A stretch of 64,000 bases of DNA from an uncultured bacterium (GCA_965370295.1 CBDUSO010000004.1:3477-67476), one strand, 5' to 3'; positions 8,097 to 17,437 are shown, counted from the stretch's first letter. Numbers and translations are program-made. Notes: generated by a model from the letters alone, not told the origin.

Positions 8097-10034
8097 TCAC
8101 TCTTCAGCTTCAAGTTCCGTATCTTTTGTATCAACTATCTTTTTGCAAACTAAATAGTATTTTTTATCAATCCCTCTTGAAATGTAGTACATCAATCCAT
8201 CACGGATTTCCAGGATAGGATCAAAAGTTTCACCATCTAATCCAACATTTATACCCAAAATCTCATATGTTTCTGGATCAAGCCAGAAATATTGTCGGAT
8301 TATATATCCATCAAAACTTTTCTTTCTGTGGTACTGATAACTGTCACTGTCATGCAAAAAATTCTCTATTTTAATTTCGGTTATTTCACTTGTTTTAATA
8401 TTGATAAATAGATGATATGTGCCAAAAAGTGTCTTTAGATTTTTTGTTGTTACCACAAAGTACCCATTTTCGATTCTAGAGTGCAAAAAATTTCCATATG
8501 TTGAAAAATCATCTAGTGTCCATACCTTTTCACCCGTTCTTATGTCTATTGTGTAAAATATATTATCTTCTTGGACAATAAAAAAGTCATCTTCTGTAAA
8601 TGTCCATGTATCATGATTTTTGGGTTGAGTCCATATGGTATTTAGAGTTTCATTGTCAATTCTGGAAATATCAATAATTGATATGAAATCATTACTTGTT
8701 ATTTGATTGATGTGATATGAAGCATGTGGTTCATAAAATTCAGGTTCAATGCAACCAGCCAACAGTACATATTCATTATGTTTTGCTATTCTTCCATTTG
8801 TAGGTATTTCTCTATTTGAAATCAATTCACCAGTGTGAGAATATTTATGCATATAGTATTCTACATCTAGCATGTTTGAATTATTTTCTTCTATAAGAAT
8901 TATGCTATCATGTAATACAACAAAATCCTTAATTCGCATAAATTCTTTAGTCCACATAATTTTGTTTGTTTCAATTTCAACAAGTGAATGGACTAGTATT
9001 GAGTTTTCACCACTGTAAGAGGATACAAATTTGTATTTCTTGCCAGTTTCTTCAGCTTTCATTCTGTCAATTCTGTTTTTAATGTCTTTTTCTGAGTCAT
9101 CCAGTACTTCACCGGTTTTTATGTCAACAGCGTAATAATATCTGTTAGCTTCAATCTTTGGATAATCATTTACATCATACTCACTTGGGAATTCAATGTA
9201 TAGGTAAGCTTTTTGATCTTCTATATAATAATTGCTTACACTTTTGAAATAATAACCCATGTAGTCTTTTTCTTTTAACCAGCTCCATAGTTTCTCACCT
9301 GTGTTTGTATCATACGCTATAAGATTAAAATAATTGTCACCCCCTTCACCTACAGGACTTCTTTGAAGTATTACATCATTATAGATATCTAATTTTGAAT
9401 CCCATACCTCGCCAGATGCTGTTTTCCAAACTATTGGGTAATCTGGTAAATCCGTTCTTTCTACTATTAAGTCTGGTAAATCTTTGTAATGATCTATATT
9501 TGCATTTCCACATATGTACCCAACAATATTTTCATCATCATCGGTGCATTTACATTGACCAATACTATCATAACAAACTTCTTTACGATCTACTTTCGAA
9601 CAGTACACCTTAAAATAAAATTCTTTGGTTTCGTTTGGTTTCAATGAAATGTAGTTTGGAAAAATATCCGGAGTTTCCAAAGAATTTTTTGGATGTCCTG
9701 GATCATATATTTCAACAGTTAGTGCTTGTTCAGAAATATTTGTAATTTCCAATGGTAAGTCTATTGTTTCATCTGCTTTCATGAATACATGTTTTGTTTC
9801 ATTATACTTGTCGCTTGATTTCCATCTGATGAATAGATATTTGTTCTTTCTTATTTCTTTTGGTTTTTGTGTTTTGTTTGTTGTTTCGGATGGTTCCACT
9901 GGTTTAATTGTTGTGATTTCCTCTATAGTTTCCTGATCTTCTGTAGCAATCGGTTCACCATTTTCACCGCAAGAAACAAAAGAAACCAACAACACAACAA
10001 CCAAAAACATCTGCATAAAACTACTTCTTTTCAT
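8097..10034 (-). CDS. Lipoprotein with PQQ-like/BamB-type beta-propeller repeats
   Basis: The start was trimmed to MKRSSFMQMFLVVVLLVSFVSCGENG, which has a lipobox Cys and a GGGGGTGG RBS upstream. Repeated blades read DTNTGEKLWSW, DIKTGEVL and DIRTGEKVWTL. Confidence 0.6.
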   Translation of the reverse strand: MKRSSFMQMFLVVVLLVSFVSCGENGEPIATEDQETIEEITTIKPVEPSETTNKTQKPKEIRKNKYLFIRWKSSDKYNETKHVFMKADETIDLPLEITNISEQALTVEIYDPGHPKNSLETPDIFPNYISLKPNETKEFYFKVYCSKVDRKEVCYDSIGQCKCTDDDENIVGYICGNANIDHYKDLPDLIVERTDLPDYPIVWKTASGEVWDSKLDIYNDVILQRSPVGEGGDNYFNLIAYDTNTGEKLWSWLKEKDYMGYYFKSVSNYYIEDQKAYLYIEFPSEYDVNDYPKIEANRYYYAVDIKTGEVLDDSEKDIKNRIDRMKAEETGKKYKFVSSYSGENSILVHSLVEIETNKIMWTKEFMRIKDFVVLHDSIILIEENNSNMLDVEYYMHKYSHTGELISNREIPTNGRIAKHNEYVLLAGCIEPEFYEPHASYHINQITSNDFISIIDISRIDNETLNTIWTQPKNHDTWTFTEDDFFIVQEDNIFYTIDIRTGEKVWTLDDFSTYGNFLHSRIENGYFVVTTKNLKTLFGTYHLFINIKTSEITEIKIENFLHDSDSYQYHRKKSFDGYIIRQYFWLDPETYEILGINVGLDGETFDPILEIRDGLMYYISRGIDKKYYLVCKKIVDTKDTELEAEE

Positions 10035-10160
10035 ACTACCACCCCCTGATAAAATAATCAAAACAAAGAATATCCAGACTGAACATCGATACTTTGACCT
10101 CTCTGTTGAAGTGTACTCAAAAAAACTATTCATGCAATATATCATTGTTCCTGTGATGTT

Positions 10161-10209
10161 GTCATTCCGTGTCTGATACTTTGACTAGCTCAGCAACCAT
10201 ACGGAATCC
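10161..10209 (-). repeat. Hairpin module with expanded loop
   Basis: The sequence is gtcattccGT[gtctgatactttgactagctcagcaaccat]ACggaatcc. It has the same conserved flanks as the other modules but a 30-nt loop. Confidence 0.55.
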
Positions 10210-10227
10210 ATTACTTTACCACCCTCC

Positions 10228-10379
10228 GTCATTCCGCACTTGATGCGGAATCCAGGGTACTAGAAATTCGTGAGAGTATCTGTGCAAAACAATGATTTTG
10301 ACTGATTGGATATTTGTTGTTTTTCTATTTTGAATGCGATTTTATAATCCCCTGGATTCCCAGTCAAGCTGGGAATGAC
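10228..10379 (-). repeat. Composite hairpin-bounded element, copy C (complete)
   Basis: The hairpin gtcattccGCActtgaTGCggaatccagggtac is followed by a ~90-bp core (...caatgattttgactgattggatatttgttgtttttctattttgaatgcgattttataatcc). It ends in a second hairpin, cctggattccCAGtcaagCTGggaatgac. Confidence 0.8.
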
Positions 10380-10436
10380 GAGGAGGGGGGTGGGGATAAT
10401 GGAGGGAAGCGGGAAAGACGTAGGTAGATTTTGTCC

Positions 10437-10462
10437 GTCATTCCGTGCTACGACACGGAATC
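10437..10462 (-). repeat. Hairpin module overlapping the smc stop codon
   Basis: The module gtcattccGTGctacgaCACggaatc encodes, on the minus strand, the last smc codons ...D S V S followed by the stop. Confidence 0.6.
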
Positions 10463-13400
10463 TAATTTTTTCTCTTTATCCTTCTCATCCAATTTCACAC
10501 CAACCACCATCGAAGTTCCCGATGAATCCAGCGTGATTCCATAGAGTGTGTCGCACCAACGCATGGTTTCTTTGTTGTGGGTAATCACCACAAATTGTGT
10601 GTCCTTGGCTTCTGTTCGAAGGAGTTTTGTGAATCGCTCCACGTTGTTGTCGTCAAGTGCAGCATCCACCTCATCAAGCACACAAAACGGAGAACTCTTT
10701 GTTCTAAAAAATGCAAACAAAAGTGCCAAAGCACCAAGGGTTTTTTCACCGCCGGAGAGTCCATGAAGATTTTTCATTCTTCTCCCTGGCAACATGAATT
10801 CCACTTGAACACCGATTGTTTCAGTGTTTTCATCCCTGATTCTTTTCAGATTTCCGACAGCACACGGAAACAAAACATCGGCAAGTCTTCTGAATTCTTT
10901 TTCAATTGTCTGGTAAACTCTCTCAAAATTTTCTCTGATTTTTGTTTCAAGCTCAGCAAGTGATGCTCGCAGGTTTGCATCAGTTTGGGCAAGGTCATTT
11001 AGTTGTCCCTCGATGAAATTCAGTCGCTCCCTTGCGGTTTCTGCTTCCTCGACAGCCCTCATGTTGACCGCTCCGTACTCTGCAAGCTGACGGCTCTTGT
11101 CGGAGAGTTCCACCCTCATGGCATCCACATCGGTGTCCTCGATGTACCCGTCTGGACTTCCACCCATCTCAGAAATATCGCTTACCTGTCGGTCTCTCTT
11201 TGTTCGCAGTTCAACCTGTTGAAGCTCGATTTTATGTTTTTCACTACCGTATCTTCCGAGCCTTGAACGGACTGTTTTGATTTTATTTTCCCGCTCAAAC
11301 TCGCTCTCTTGCAACTCTTCACGCTCACTGGCGAATTCTTTTTCAAGCCTCTCAGTCCTTACAACTGTCATGTTTGCAGTGTTTAATTCTCTCTCGGAAA
11401 CTATGATTTCCTCGGAAATTGTTTTTGATTCGGTTTCAAGTTTTTTGCTCCCCTCATCAAATTCGGTAACGGATTTCTTCAGAGACTTGTGTGCTGTTTT
11501 TTCTCGCTCAAGATTTTGGATGGTTTCTTTGAGGGCATTTTCTGCCTGGTCGACCGCTCTTCCCACGGTTGCGATTTTTCTCTCAAACTCTGCTCGGGAT
11601 TTTTCACGGGTCAGTCTCTCCTGGTCAAATTCCGCGAGCTTGTTCCCGGTATCTCGAACCAGAGAGATGGCTTCTCCGAGGTTCTTTTGCAATTCTTGCA
11701 ACTCTTCAGTTTTTCCTGTTTCAGAATTTCTGAACTGCTCGATTTCTTTTTGGAGTTTTTCTAAATCTTCTACTCTCTTTATTTTTCTGTGTTCCAGCTC
11801 TTCTCTTCGGGTGATGATTTGGGTTTGTTCTCTCTGAAGGCGTGATTGTTCTTTGGTTTTTTCGGAAATTTCAGAATTTAGATTGTTGAGTATCGAGTTT
11901 ATTTCTGCGAATTCTGTTCCAAGTTTTCTGGTTTCTTTTTCAAGATTTGTGATGATTGCAGAAATATTTTTGATGTCCTGAGAAATTGAGGTTTCACTGA
12001 CCTTACCCTCGGTCTGGAAGATATATTTCCCCTCGATTATCAGGTGCCCATTTTTTGTGAGCTGGATGGATTCCTTTCCTTCAAGTGCAGTTTTTATGTC
12101 GGGGGTCATGTTGAAACTTGGAACCCCAAGGACAATGGTTGCACCAGAATTTGATGGGATATTTTCCATTATTTCTTGAGCATCATCCTCTGCGATTATC
12201 CAGTCAAGTTTATTTTTTATGAGGGTTTTTTCATCTGTCGAAAAGCTGCTCAAATCAAGTGATTTGGCAAGAATTTGTTTCCCGATTTTTGACGGTAAAA
12301 ATTTTAGACCATCAAGTTGAGCTTTTTTTTGTTCAAGCTCTTTTCTGCCAGTTTTTATTTCTGCTTTCAACCCCGCAAGCTGGTTGCTGATGTCATCTTT
12401 TTTGCTTTGGGTCTTGGTTTGTTTGGATTTGAGATCTGCAATTTCTGACTCAATATTTTGAAGCTGTTCTTCTAGATTGTTTTCTTCCGGCTCTTCTTCC
12501 TTTATATTTTGAAGCTGTTCGATTGTTTTGCCGGTCTGTCTCAGTCTCTCCCGAAGTACTGTCAGTTCGGATTCACACGTTGCCAGTTTTGAGCGAATTT
12601 TGTTTGTTGATTGCTTTTGTTTGTCAAGCTCTCTTGTGAGTTCTCCCCGTTTTCTGTTCTCGTCTTTTTCGTTTGTGTCGGGTGCTTCAATTTTTGAGAG
12701 TTCTACTTTTGTTTTTTCGACTTCTTCTCTCTCTACTTCAACCTGCTCGGTTAATTTTCGAATCAGATTTTCTTTGGAGATTGCTTCCTTTTTTCCAGAT
12801 TCAACCGCAAGAATTGCTTTTTGGATTTCGTCTGAGATAGATTCCAAACGCTCTCTCTTGTGTTCCAACTCGGAACTTCTGCGGGTTTTGATAACCAGTG
12901 CTTCCTCCCGCTCCCTGTGAACGGTTTCCTTTTTTTTGTCGAGATCAACTATTTTGGATTTCATGGAAGAATCTGACTCAAGACTCGAAAGTTCATCCTC
13001 GCTTTCTTTTTGTTTGATGTTGATAACTCGGTAGCGAGACATGAAAGATTCAAGCTCATGCTCAATCTCTCGAATTCCAATCAGAAGAAGCTGGAGCTTG
13101 AGGTGAGTAGCCCGGTCGCTGATGGATTTGTATTTGTTCAGAATCTCACTTTGAATGCGGAGGCGTTCGTAGTTGTGTTTCTGCTCGTTGATGCTGGCAT
13201 TTATCCTGCCCATCTCAACATTTGCTTTTTCGAGTTTTCGCTCGACACTTCGTTTGGTGTTTCTGAGAATATCGACACCAGCGAGCTCTTCCATCGTACG
13301 GAGTCTCTCGCCGGGAGTTGCCGAAAGCACCAGGTCAACCTCACCTTGACCAACAACCGAGTAGGTTTGTTTGCCGAGACCAGTTCCTCTGAACAGGTCG

Positions 13401-13774
13401 CCGATGTCCTTCAAACGGCAGTTGTTGCCGTTTATTTCAAACTCGGTTTCACCATTTCGATAAATTCTTCGTTTTATTTCAAGTTCATTTTCGTCTGATG
13501 GATAGGCATTATTTTTGTTGTCAAGTTGGATTGAAACCTCTGCCATCGAGAGAGGCTTTCTGTCCCCGATTCCCGCAAAGATTATATCTGATGGCTTGTT
13601 TACACGCAGAAGATTTAGAGTTTTTTCACCAATCCCCCATCTGATAGCATCCACCAGATTGCTTTTTCCAGAACCGTTTGGGCCAACAACAGCTGTTAAA
13701 CGCTCAGAAAGTTTGAGCTTAACAGTTTTTGCAAACGTCTTGAAGCCTTTGATTGTGACTGTTTGGATTGACAC
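10448..13774 (-). CDS. smc: Chromosome partition protein Smc
   Basis: It has Walker A GPNGSGKS, long coiled coils, the signature LSGGEKTLGALALLFAFF and Walker B VLDEVDAALD. There is no ATG near the N-terminus. The GTG at 13774 gives VSIQTVTIKGFKTF, which places GFK at residues 10-12 as in canonical Smc. The ORF-track start at 13810 is a TTG. Confidence 0.93.
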   Translation of the reverse strand: MSIQTVTIKGFKTFAKTVKLKLSERLTAVVGPNGSGKSNLVDAIRWGIGEKTLNLLRVNKPSDIIFAGIGDRKPLSMAEVSIQLDNKNNAYPSDENELEIKRRIYRNGETEFEINGNNCRLKDIGDLFRGTGLGKQTYSVVGQGEVDLVLSATPGERLRTMEELAGVDILRNTKRSVERKLEKANVEMGRINASINEQKHNYERLRIQSEILNKYKSISDRATHLKLQLLLIGIREIEHELESFMSRYRVINIKQKESEDELSSLESDSSMKSKIVDLDKKKETVHREREEALVIKTRRSSELEHKRERLESISDEIQKAILAVESGKKEAISKENLIRKLTEQVEVEREEVEKTKVELSKIEAPDTNEKDENRKRGELTRELDKQKQSTNKIRSKLATCESELTVLRERLRQTGKTIEQLQNIKEEEPEENNLEEQLQNIESEIADLKSKQTKTQSKKDDISNQLAGLKAEIKTGRKELEQKKAQLDGLKFLPSKIGKQILAKSLDLSSFSTDEKTLIKNKLDWIIAEDDAQEIMENIPSNSGATIVLGVPSFNMTPDIKTALEGKESIQLTKNGHLIIEGKYIFQTEGKVSETSISQDIKNISAIITNLEKETRKLGTEFAEINSILNNLNSEISEKTKEQSRLQREQTQIITRREELEHRKIKRVEDLEKLQKEIEQFRNSETGKTEELQELQKNLGEAISLVRDTGNKLAEFDQERLTREKSRAEFERKIATVGRAVDQAENALKETIQNLEREKTAHKSLKKSVTEFDEGSKKLETESKTISEEIIVSERELNTANMTVVRTERLEKEFASEREELQESEFERENKIKTVRSRLGRYGSEKHKIELQQVELRTKRDRQVSDISEMGGSPDGYIEDTDVDAMRVELSDKSRQLAEYGAVNMRAVEEAETARERLNFIEGQLNDLAQTDANLRASLAELETKIRENFERVYQTIEKEFRRLADVLFPCAVGNLKRIRDENTETIGVQVEFMLPGRRMKNLHGLSGGEKTLGALALLFAFFRTKSSPFCVLDEVDAALDDNNVERFTKLLRTEAKDTQFVVITHNKETMRWCDTLYGITLDSSGTSMVVGVKLDEKDKEKKLDSVS

Positions 13775-13851
13775 GGCGATAAATGTTAATGCAAATGTAA
13801 AGTTTTTCAATAGTTGAAGATGAACAGTTATTATGTTAGATTAATGGGGTC

Positions 13852-14373
13852 ATGAAAAAAAGATTTGAACATATTCGATCAAACCAGTTAATTGCAGACC
13901 TGATATTGCTTGCTGTCACTGCATTTCTTTTGATAACTTCTATCTCAACTCTGGTGTTTACAATTCTGATTCCAGACTCCATGTTTCCGACAATTATCGG
14001 TGTAGTTTCGTTTATTGCGATTGCTCTCTACCTTCTGCCAAAAATAAAATCTGAAGAAACCGAAAGATTTGTTGAATTAAACACAGATACTGGCGGGTTG
14101 AATATCTCCGGAAGAATTGTAAAAAATCCTGGAATAATCAACATTATGAAGTATGGAACTGACGAAACCAATAAGTTCATAATAAAATTTCCGACAGGTG
14201 AATCGATTGATTCACGGGAATACAAAGACCCAAAAAGATTTCTGACTCTGTTACCGCGTGTTTTCCCGGAGGCAAAAATATTTACCCACCAGACAAAACC
14301 AATATCTGGCTCCCTGATTATTTTGGGATTGATCCTTGCTGTAACAATGTTTATTGTGAGTGCGGTGATATAG
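13852..14373 (+). CDS. Hypothetical membrane protein (about 3 TM segments)
   Basis: The 173-aa ORF has hydrophobic segments at the N- and C-termini. I recognise no motif in it. Confidence 0.5.
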   Translation: MKKRFEHIRSNQLIADLILLAVTAFLLITSISTLVFTILIPDSMFPTIIGVVSFIAIALYLLPKIKSEETERFVELNTDTGGLNISGRIVKNPGIINIMKYGTDETNKFIIKFPTGESIDSREYKDPKRFLTLLPRVFPEAKIFTHQTKPISGSLIILGLILAVTMFIVSAVI

Positions 14374-14378
14374 TCCAG

Positions 14379-15479
14379 ATGTCAATTTATCTGAATAACG
14401 GTTCATCAAGTTTTCCAAAATTACCAGCAACACACAGAGCTCTTTCAACTTTTGTCAAAGAGATTGGTGTTGTTCCGGTGGACTATGATTCAAACAGTCT
14501 GACCAAAAAAGCAAATGAGATTTTATTGAGTGCTAGAAATGGTTTGGCAAGCTTGCTGTCGGTTGATTCATCAAGCATTTTTTTTGCTCCAAATCTTTCG
14601 TTTGTTGTTGAAAAACTTACCGATAAAATCTTGAATGCCGGTGACAGAATCATCATGAGTGCAGGTGATGTTGCCTCAACCTCAGATGTCTCAGACAAAC
14701 TAAAATCCAGAGGAGTGGAGATTATAAAAATTCCACTGGATAAAAAATTTGGCGTGAAGCCAACCCAGCTTAAAAAAATTTCTGGAGCAAAGGCTCTTCT
14801 GTTTTCTCATGTCAACTCAATCACCGGAGCAACAATCCCGATTGATGAAATAATCAAACTGAGTAGAAAAAAAGATAACCCCATTTCGATTCTTGATATT
14901 TCAGATTCAATCGGAGCGATGCCGATAAACCTCTCCGAGCTTGATGTCGATATTGCAATATTTTCAACCCACAAACACCTGTTTGGTATCGGTGGCGTTG
15001 TTGGTCTGTATATCAAGCCGGATATTGTGAGCAGATTTCTCGATTTTGACAAGATGTATTTTGAAGTGGCTCAAGGCATGACCGGGATTGTTTCTTTGAA
15101 TGAGGGTGTAAACTTTGTACTCACCGAGGATGTGGGCAGGATTTGGAAACAGATCAAAAGTCTGAGGAATACGCTCCAAGGCGTTCTTGAGATGTGCAGG
15201 CGAGTAGAAATTATCGCTCCAAATCCAGCAGTACCCTCATCAATACTGTCGTTTACGATAAGTAAACACATGCCAAATACTGTTGCAAAAATGTTAGAGG
15301 AACAGTTCGGTTTAGTTGTTGGTCATGGAATGTGCAGAAATCTTGGTGCGTGCAAGTCTTTGGGAATTTATCCAGAGGGCGTGCTGAGGGTCGGACTTGG
15401 ATTTTTCAACACAATTTCAGATGTTGAATATCTTGGAACCTCTGTTGACAGAATTGCCACGGAGAGCAGAAAAAGATAA
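14379..15479 (+). CDS. Class-V aminotransferase (cysteine desulfurase / selenocysteine lyase-like)
   Basis: The 366-aa ORF carries the PLP-lysine motif IAIFSTHKHLFGIGG and has a class-V-like overall layout. Confidence 0.8.
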   Translation: MSIYLNNGSSSFPKLPATHRALSTFVKEIGVVPVDYDSNSLTKKANEILLSARNGLASLLSVDSSSIFFAPNLSFVVEKLTDKILNAGDRIIMSAGDVASTSDVSDKLKSRGVEIIKIPLDKKFGVKPTQLKKISGAKALLFSHVNSITGATIPIDEIIKLSRKKDNPISILDISDSIGAMPINLSELDVDIAIFSTHKHLFGIGGVVGLYIKPDIVSRFLDFDKMYFEVAQGMTGIVSLNEGVNFVLTEDVGRIWKQIKSLRNTLQGVLEMCRRVEIIAPNPAVPSSILSFTISKHMPNTVAKMLEEQFGLVVGHGMCRNLGACKSLGIYPEGVLRVGLGFFNTISDVEYLGTSVDRIATESRKR

Positions 15480-15495
15480 TTGGGTAGGGGAGTGC

Positions 15496-15603
15496 ATGAA
15501 AAAGAAAAATCTCACAAGAAAAGTAGGACTTATTTTGGCACTGGCACCGTTTGCAATCGCAATAATTATTGGGATATGCGTTGTTTTTGGTATTTTTTGG
15601 TAG
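15496..15603 (+). CDS. Possible small membrane protein (35 aa)
   Basis: The sequence is MKKKNLTRKVGLILALAPFAIAIIIGICVVFGIFW. A GGGGAG-type RBS lies upstream. It is predicted only from hydrophobicity and position. Confidence 0.3.
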   Translation: MKKKNLTRKVGLILALAPFAIAIIIGICVVFGIFW

Positions 15604-15726
15604 CCTCTTTTGTAATTCCCACATTCTTCTGAGCCTGCTGTTTTAAGTAGAATTTTCTCTCTGTCGTATCCGCTATTCCTCCGTCATTCCCTGCATCACT
15701 CTCCCGTCTTTCCCACCTTCCTTTAC

Positions 15727-15876
15727 GTCATTCCGCACTTGATGCGGAATCCGAGATAGTAAAAGATCGCACTCAAAATAAAAACAACAATTATACAACC
15801 TGTCAAGATTATTATTTCACACAAATATTCACTCGCTTTGACAGTACCCTGGATTCCTGGTCAAGCCAGGAATGAC
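15727..15876 (+). repeat. Composite hairpin-bounded element, copy D (complete)
   Basis: The hairpin gtcattccGCActtgaTGCggaatcc is followed by the core aaaagatcgcactcaaaataaaaacaacaattatacaacctgtcaagatt...tttgacagt. It ends in the hairpin accctggattccTGGtcaagCCAggaatgac. Confidence 0.8.
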
Positions 15877-16089
15877 AGAGATCGCTTGATAGGATGTCTG
15901 TTCAAAAAAGAATTCCACCGTCTCAAGAACCCTGGATTCCCACGCTTTTGTAGGGGCAGGTTCAATATCAAGCATGAAATGACAAATGGTAAACCGAGCC
16001 CTTCAATTTTTAGGAGTAATATCCAAAAAATATTGTATGATGTTTGACAGAAGAGATTACGATCCTTTCAAAGAGACGGAGAGGTTACT

Positions 16090-17310
16090 ATGAAAAAACT
16101 GACAATACTTGTGATTGTTTCAATGTTTATTATTGGAGCAACCGGATGCGGTGGAGAAAGCTTGGATATAAACACAGAGGATGGGACTGCCTCCTGGAAT
16201 TATCCACTTGGAACAATATATAATGCTGGTACTACTCAGTTTTCACCCGAGCCTCCCTTTGGTGTTGTGTGGGAAAAAAATCTGCCAAACACTACAAATT
16301 TTTCACCGGTTGCTGCAAGCTCCATTGTGATAATTTCTGATGACAAGGGGAATGTTTACTGCTTGAGCCAGAGAACAGGGGATGTTGTTTGGAGTAGAAA
16401 CCTTGGCAACACTGGGTTTCAACCGATAATCGGAATCAATGCGGTTTTTATCGGGAGTGATACAAATGAAATGATTGCACTTGATATCAACAATGGAAAA
16501 CCCAAGTGGAAGGCAAAGCTTGCCGGTGATGTTGTCGGGTGGGGTTTGGTCGATGCTGGCAAACTGTGGTTTACCACAACGCACGATGTTTACTGTCTCG
16601 AAGAGACAAAGGGCGGGGAAATATTTCACAAGAATTTTGGTGACATAACGTTCACACACGCTCCATCTCTTCAAAAATATCTGTATCTTGTCGCCGGGAA
16701 TCAGCTGATAGCCTTTAATGATCGCGATTATAAACAGGTTTGGAATCTGTATTTTGAGAGGGAATTGATTGGTCCGGTGGCTTGTCAAAGGAGTAACATC
16801 TATGCAGTCGACGGCAGATTGTTCAAGATAAACGATAAAAATGGTGATGTCATTGATTCCTACACCTACAATGCACCAACGCCAGGTGGTGAGATTATCG
16901 AGGGAGATGATGACTACAAGGCAGACTTAATCTCGACAGCATCAATTTTTGCAAATGTAATCTGTACAACAACCGAGCATGGAAATGTTATTGCACTCAC
17001 CGACAGCAACACCGGTATGAATTTCCTGTGGTCGCTTGGTGTGACATTCCCAACAACTGCCCCTGTGTTGGTTGGGAATGACTATGTATACTTCGGTGCC
17101 ACAGACGGAAGATTTTATCTTGGGAAAACTGCGGATGGCAGATGGGTTTGGCACAACCGCTTCGGTGAGAGAGAAGAGATGAAAGTTCACAATTTTGTGG
17201 CAAGTTCTGCGGTTCTGGTTGACAGAGTATTTGTGGTATCGCAGGGTGGGATGATTAAGAGACTCAATGTTGGTGGTAGACCGATGACACGGGATGAGAT
17301 GTCAGAATAG
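16090..17310 (+). CDS. Lipoprotein with PQQ-like/BamB-type beta-propeller repeats
   Basis: The 406-aa ORF has a lipobox (IIGATGC) and a GGAGAGG RBS. Its blades read TGDVVWSRNLG, NNGKPKWKAKL and GRFYLGKTADGRWVW. Confidence 0.65.
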   Translation: MKKLTILVIVSMFIIGATGCGGESLDINTEDGTASWNYPLGTIYNAGTTQFSPEPPFGVVWEKNLPNTTNFSPVAASSIVIISDDKGNVYCLSQRTGDVVWSRNLGNTGFQPIIGINAVFIGSDTNEMIALDINNGKPKWKAKLAGDVVGWGLVDAGKLWFTTTHDVYCLEETKGGEIFHKNFGDITFTHAPSLQKYLYLVAGNQLIAFNDRDYKQVWNLYFERELIGPVACQRSNIYAVDGRLFKINDKNGDVIDSYTYNAPTPGGEIIEGDDDYKADLISTASIFANVICTTTEHGNVIALTDSNTGMNFLWSLGVTFPTTAPVLVGNDYVYFGATDGRFYLGKTADGRWVWHNRFGEREEMKVHNFVASSAVLVDRVFVVSQGGMIKRLNVGGRPMTRDEMSE

Positions 17311-17366
17311 AAGAACTCGTTGCTTTCTCATGCTATCTAAGAAATATCCATGGGAACAATCCTAAA

Positions 17367-17397
17367 TGTAGGGGTGGGTTTCAAACCCGCCCCTACA
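17367..17397. repeat. GC-rich hairpin of the second family (GTAGGGG..GGGTTTCAAACCC..CCCCTAC)
   Basis: tgtaggggtgggtttcaaacccgcccctaca lies 57 nt downstream of the stop at 17310, so it could act as a terminator or insulator. Relatives lie at 24400-24428, 36277-36305 and 17645-17672. Confidence 0.6.
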
Positions 17398-17437
17398 GGT
17401 TATTATTGTGCGTCCTGTCAATTTCATGCAACCCCTT

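Noticed and set aside
10155-10470. Clusters of near-identical ~30-bp palindromic repeats (also at 15665-15990, 17365-17680 and 34855-35210) that could be mistaken for CRISPR arrays.
   Set aside because: The repeats occur in both orientations with irregular spacing. They have variable stems, they flank a conserved ~90-bp core instead of unique spacers, and no cas genes are present. They behave like REP/MITE-type elements.
11277-11837. Long antisense or alternative-frame ORFs inside real genes. Examples are 11277..11837 and 13010..13498 in smc, 21840..22424 and 22474..23070 in copA, 32400..33017, 59325..59975 and 38664..39149.
   Set aside because: They fully overlap strongly supported CDSs on the other strand. 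Their translations are low-complexity (Ser/Phe/Leu- or Thr/Ser/Val-rich) and carry no motifs, as expected for shadow ORFs.
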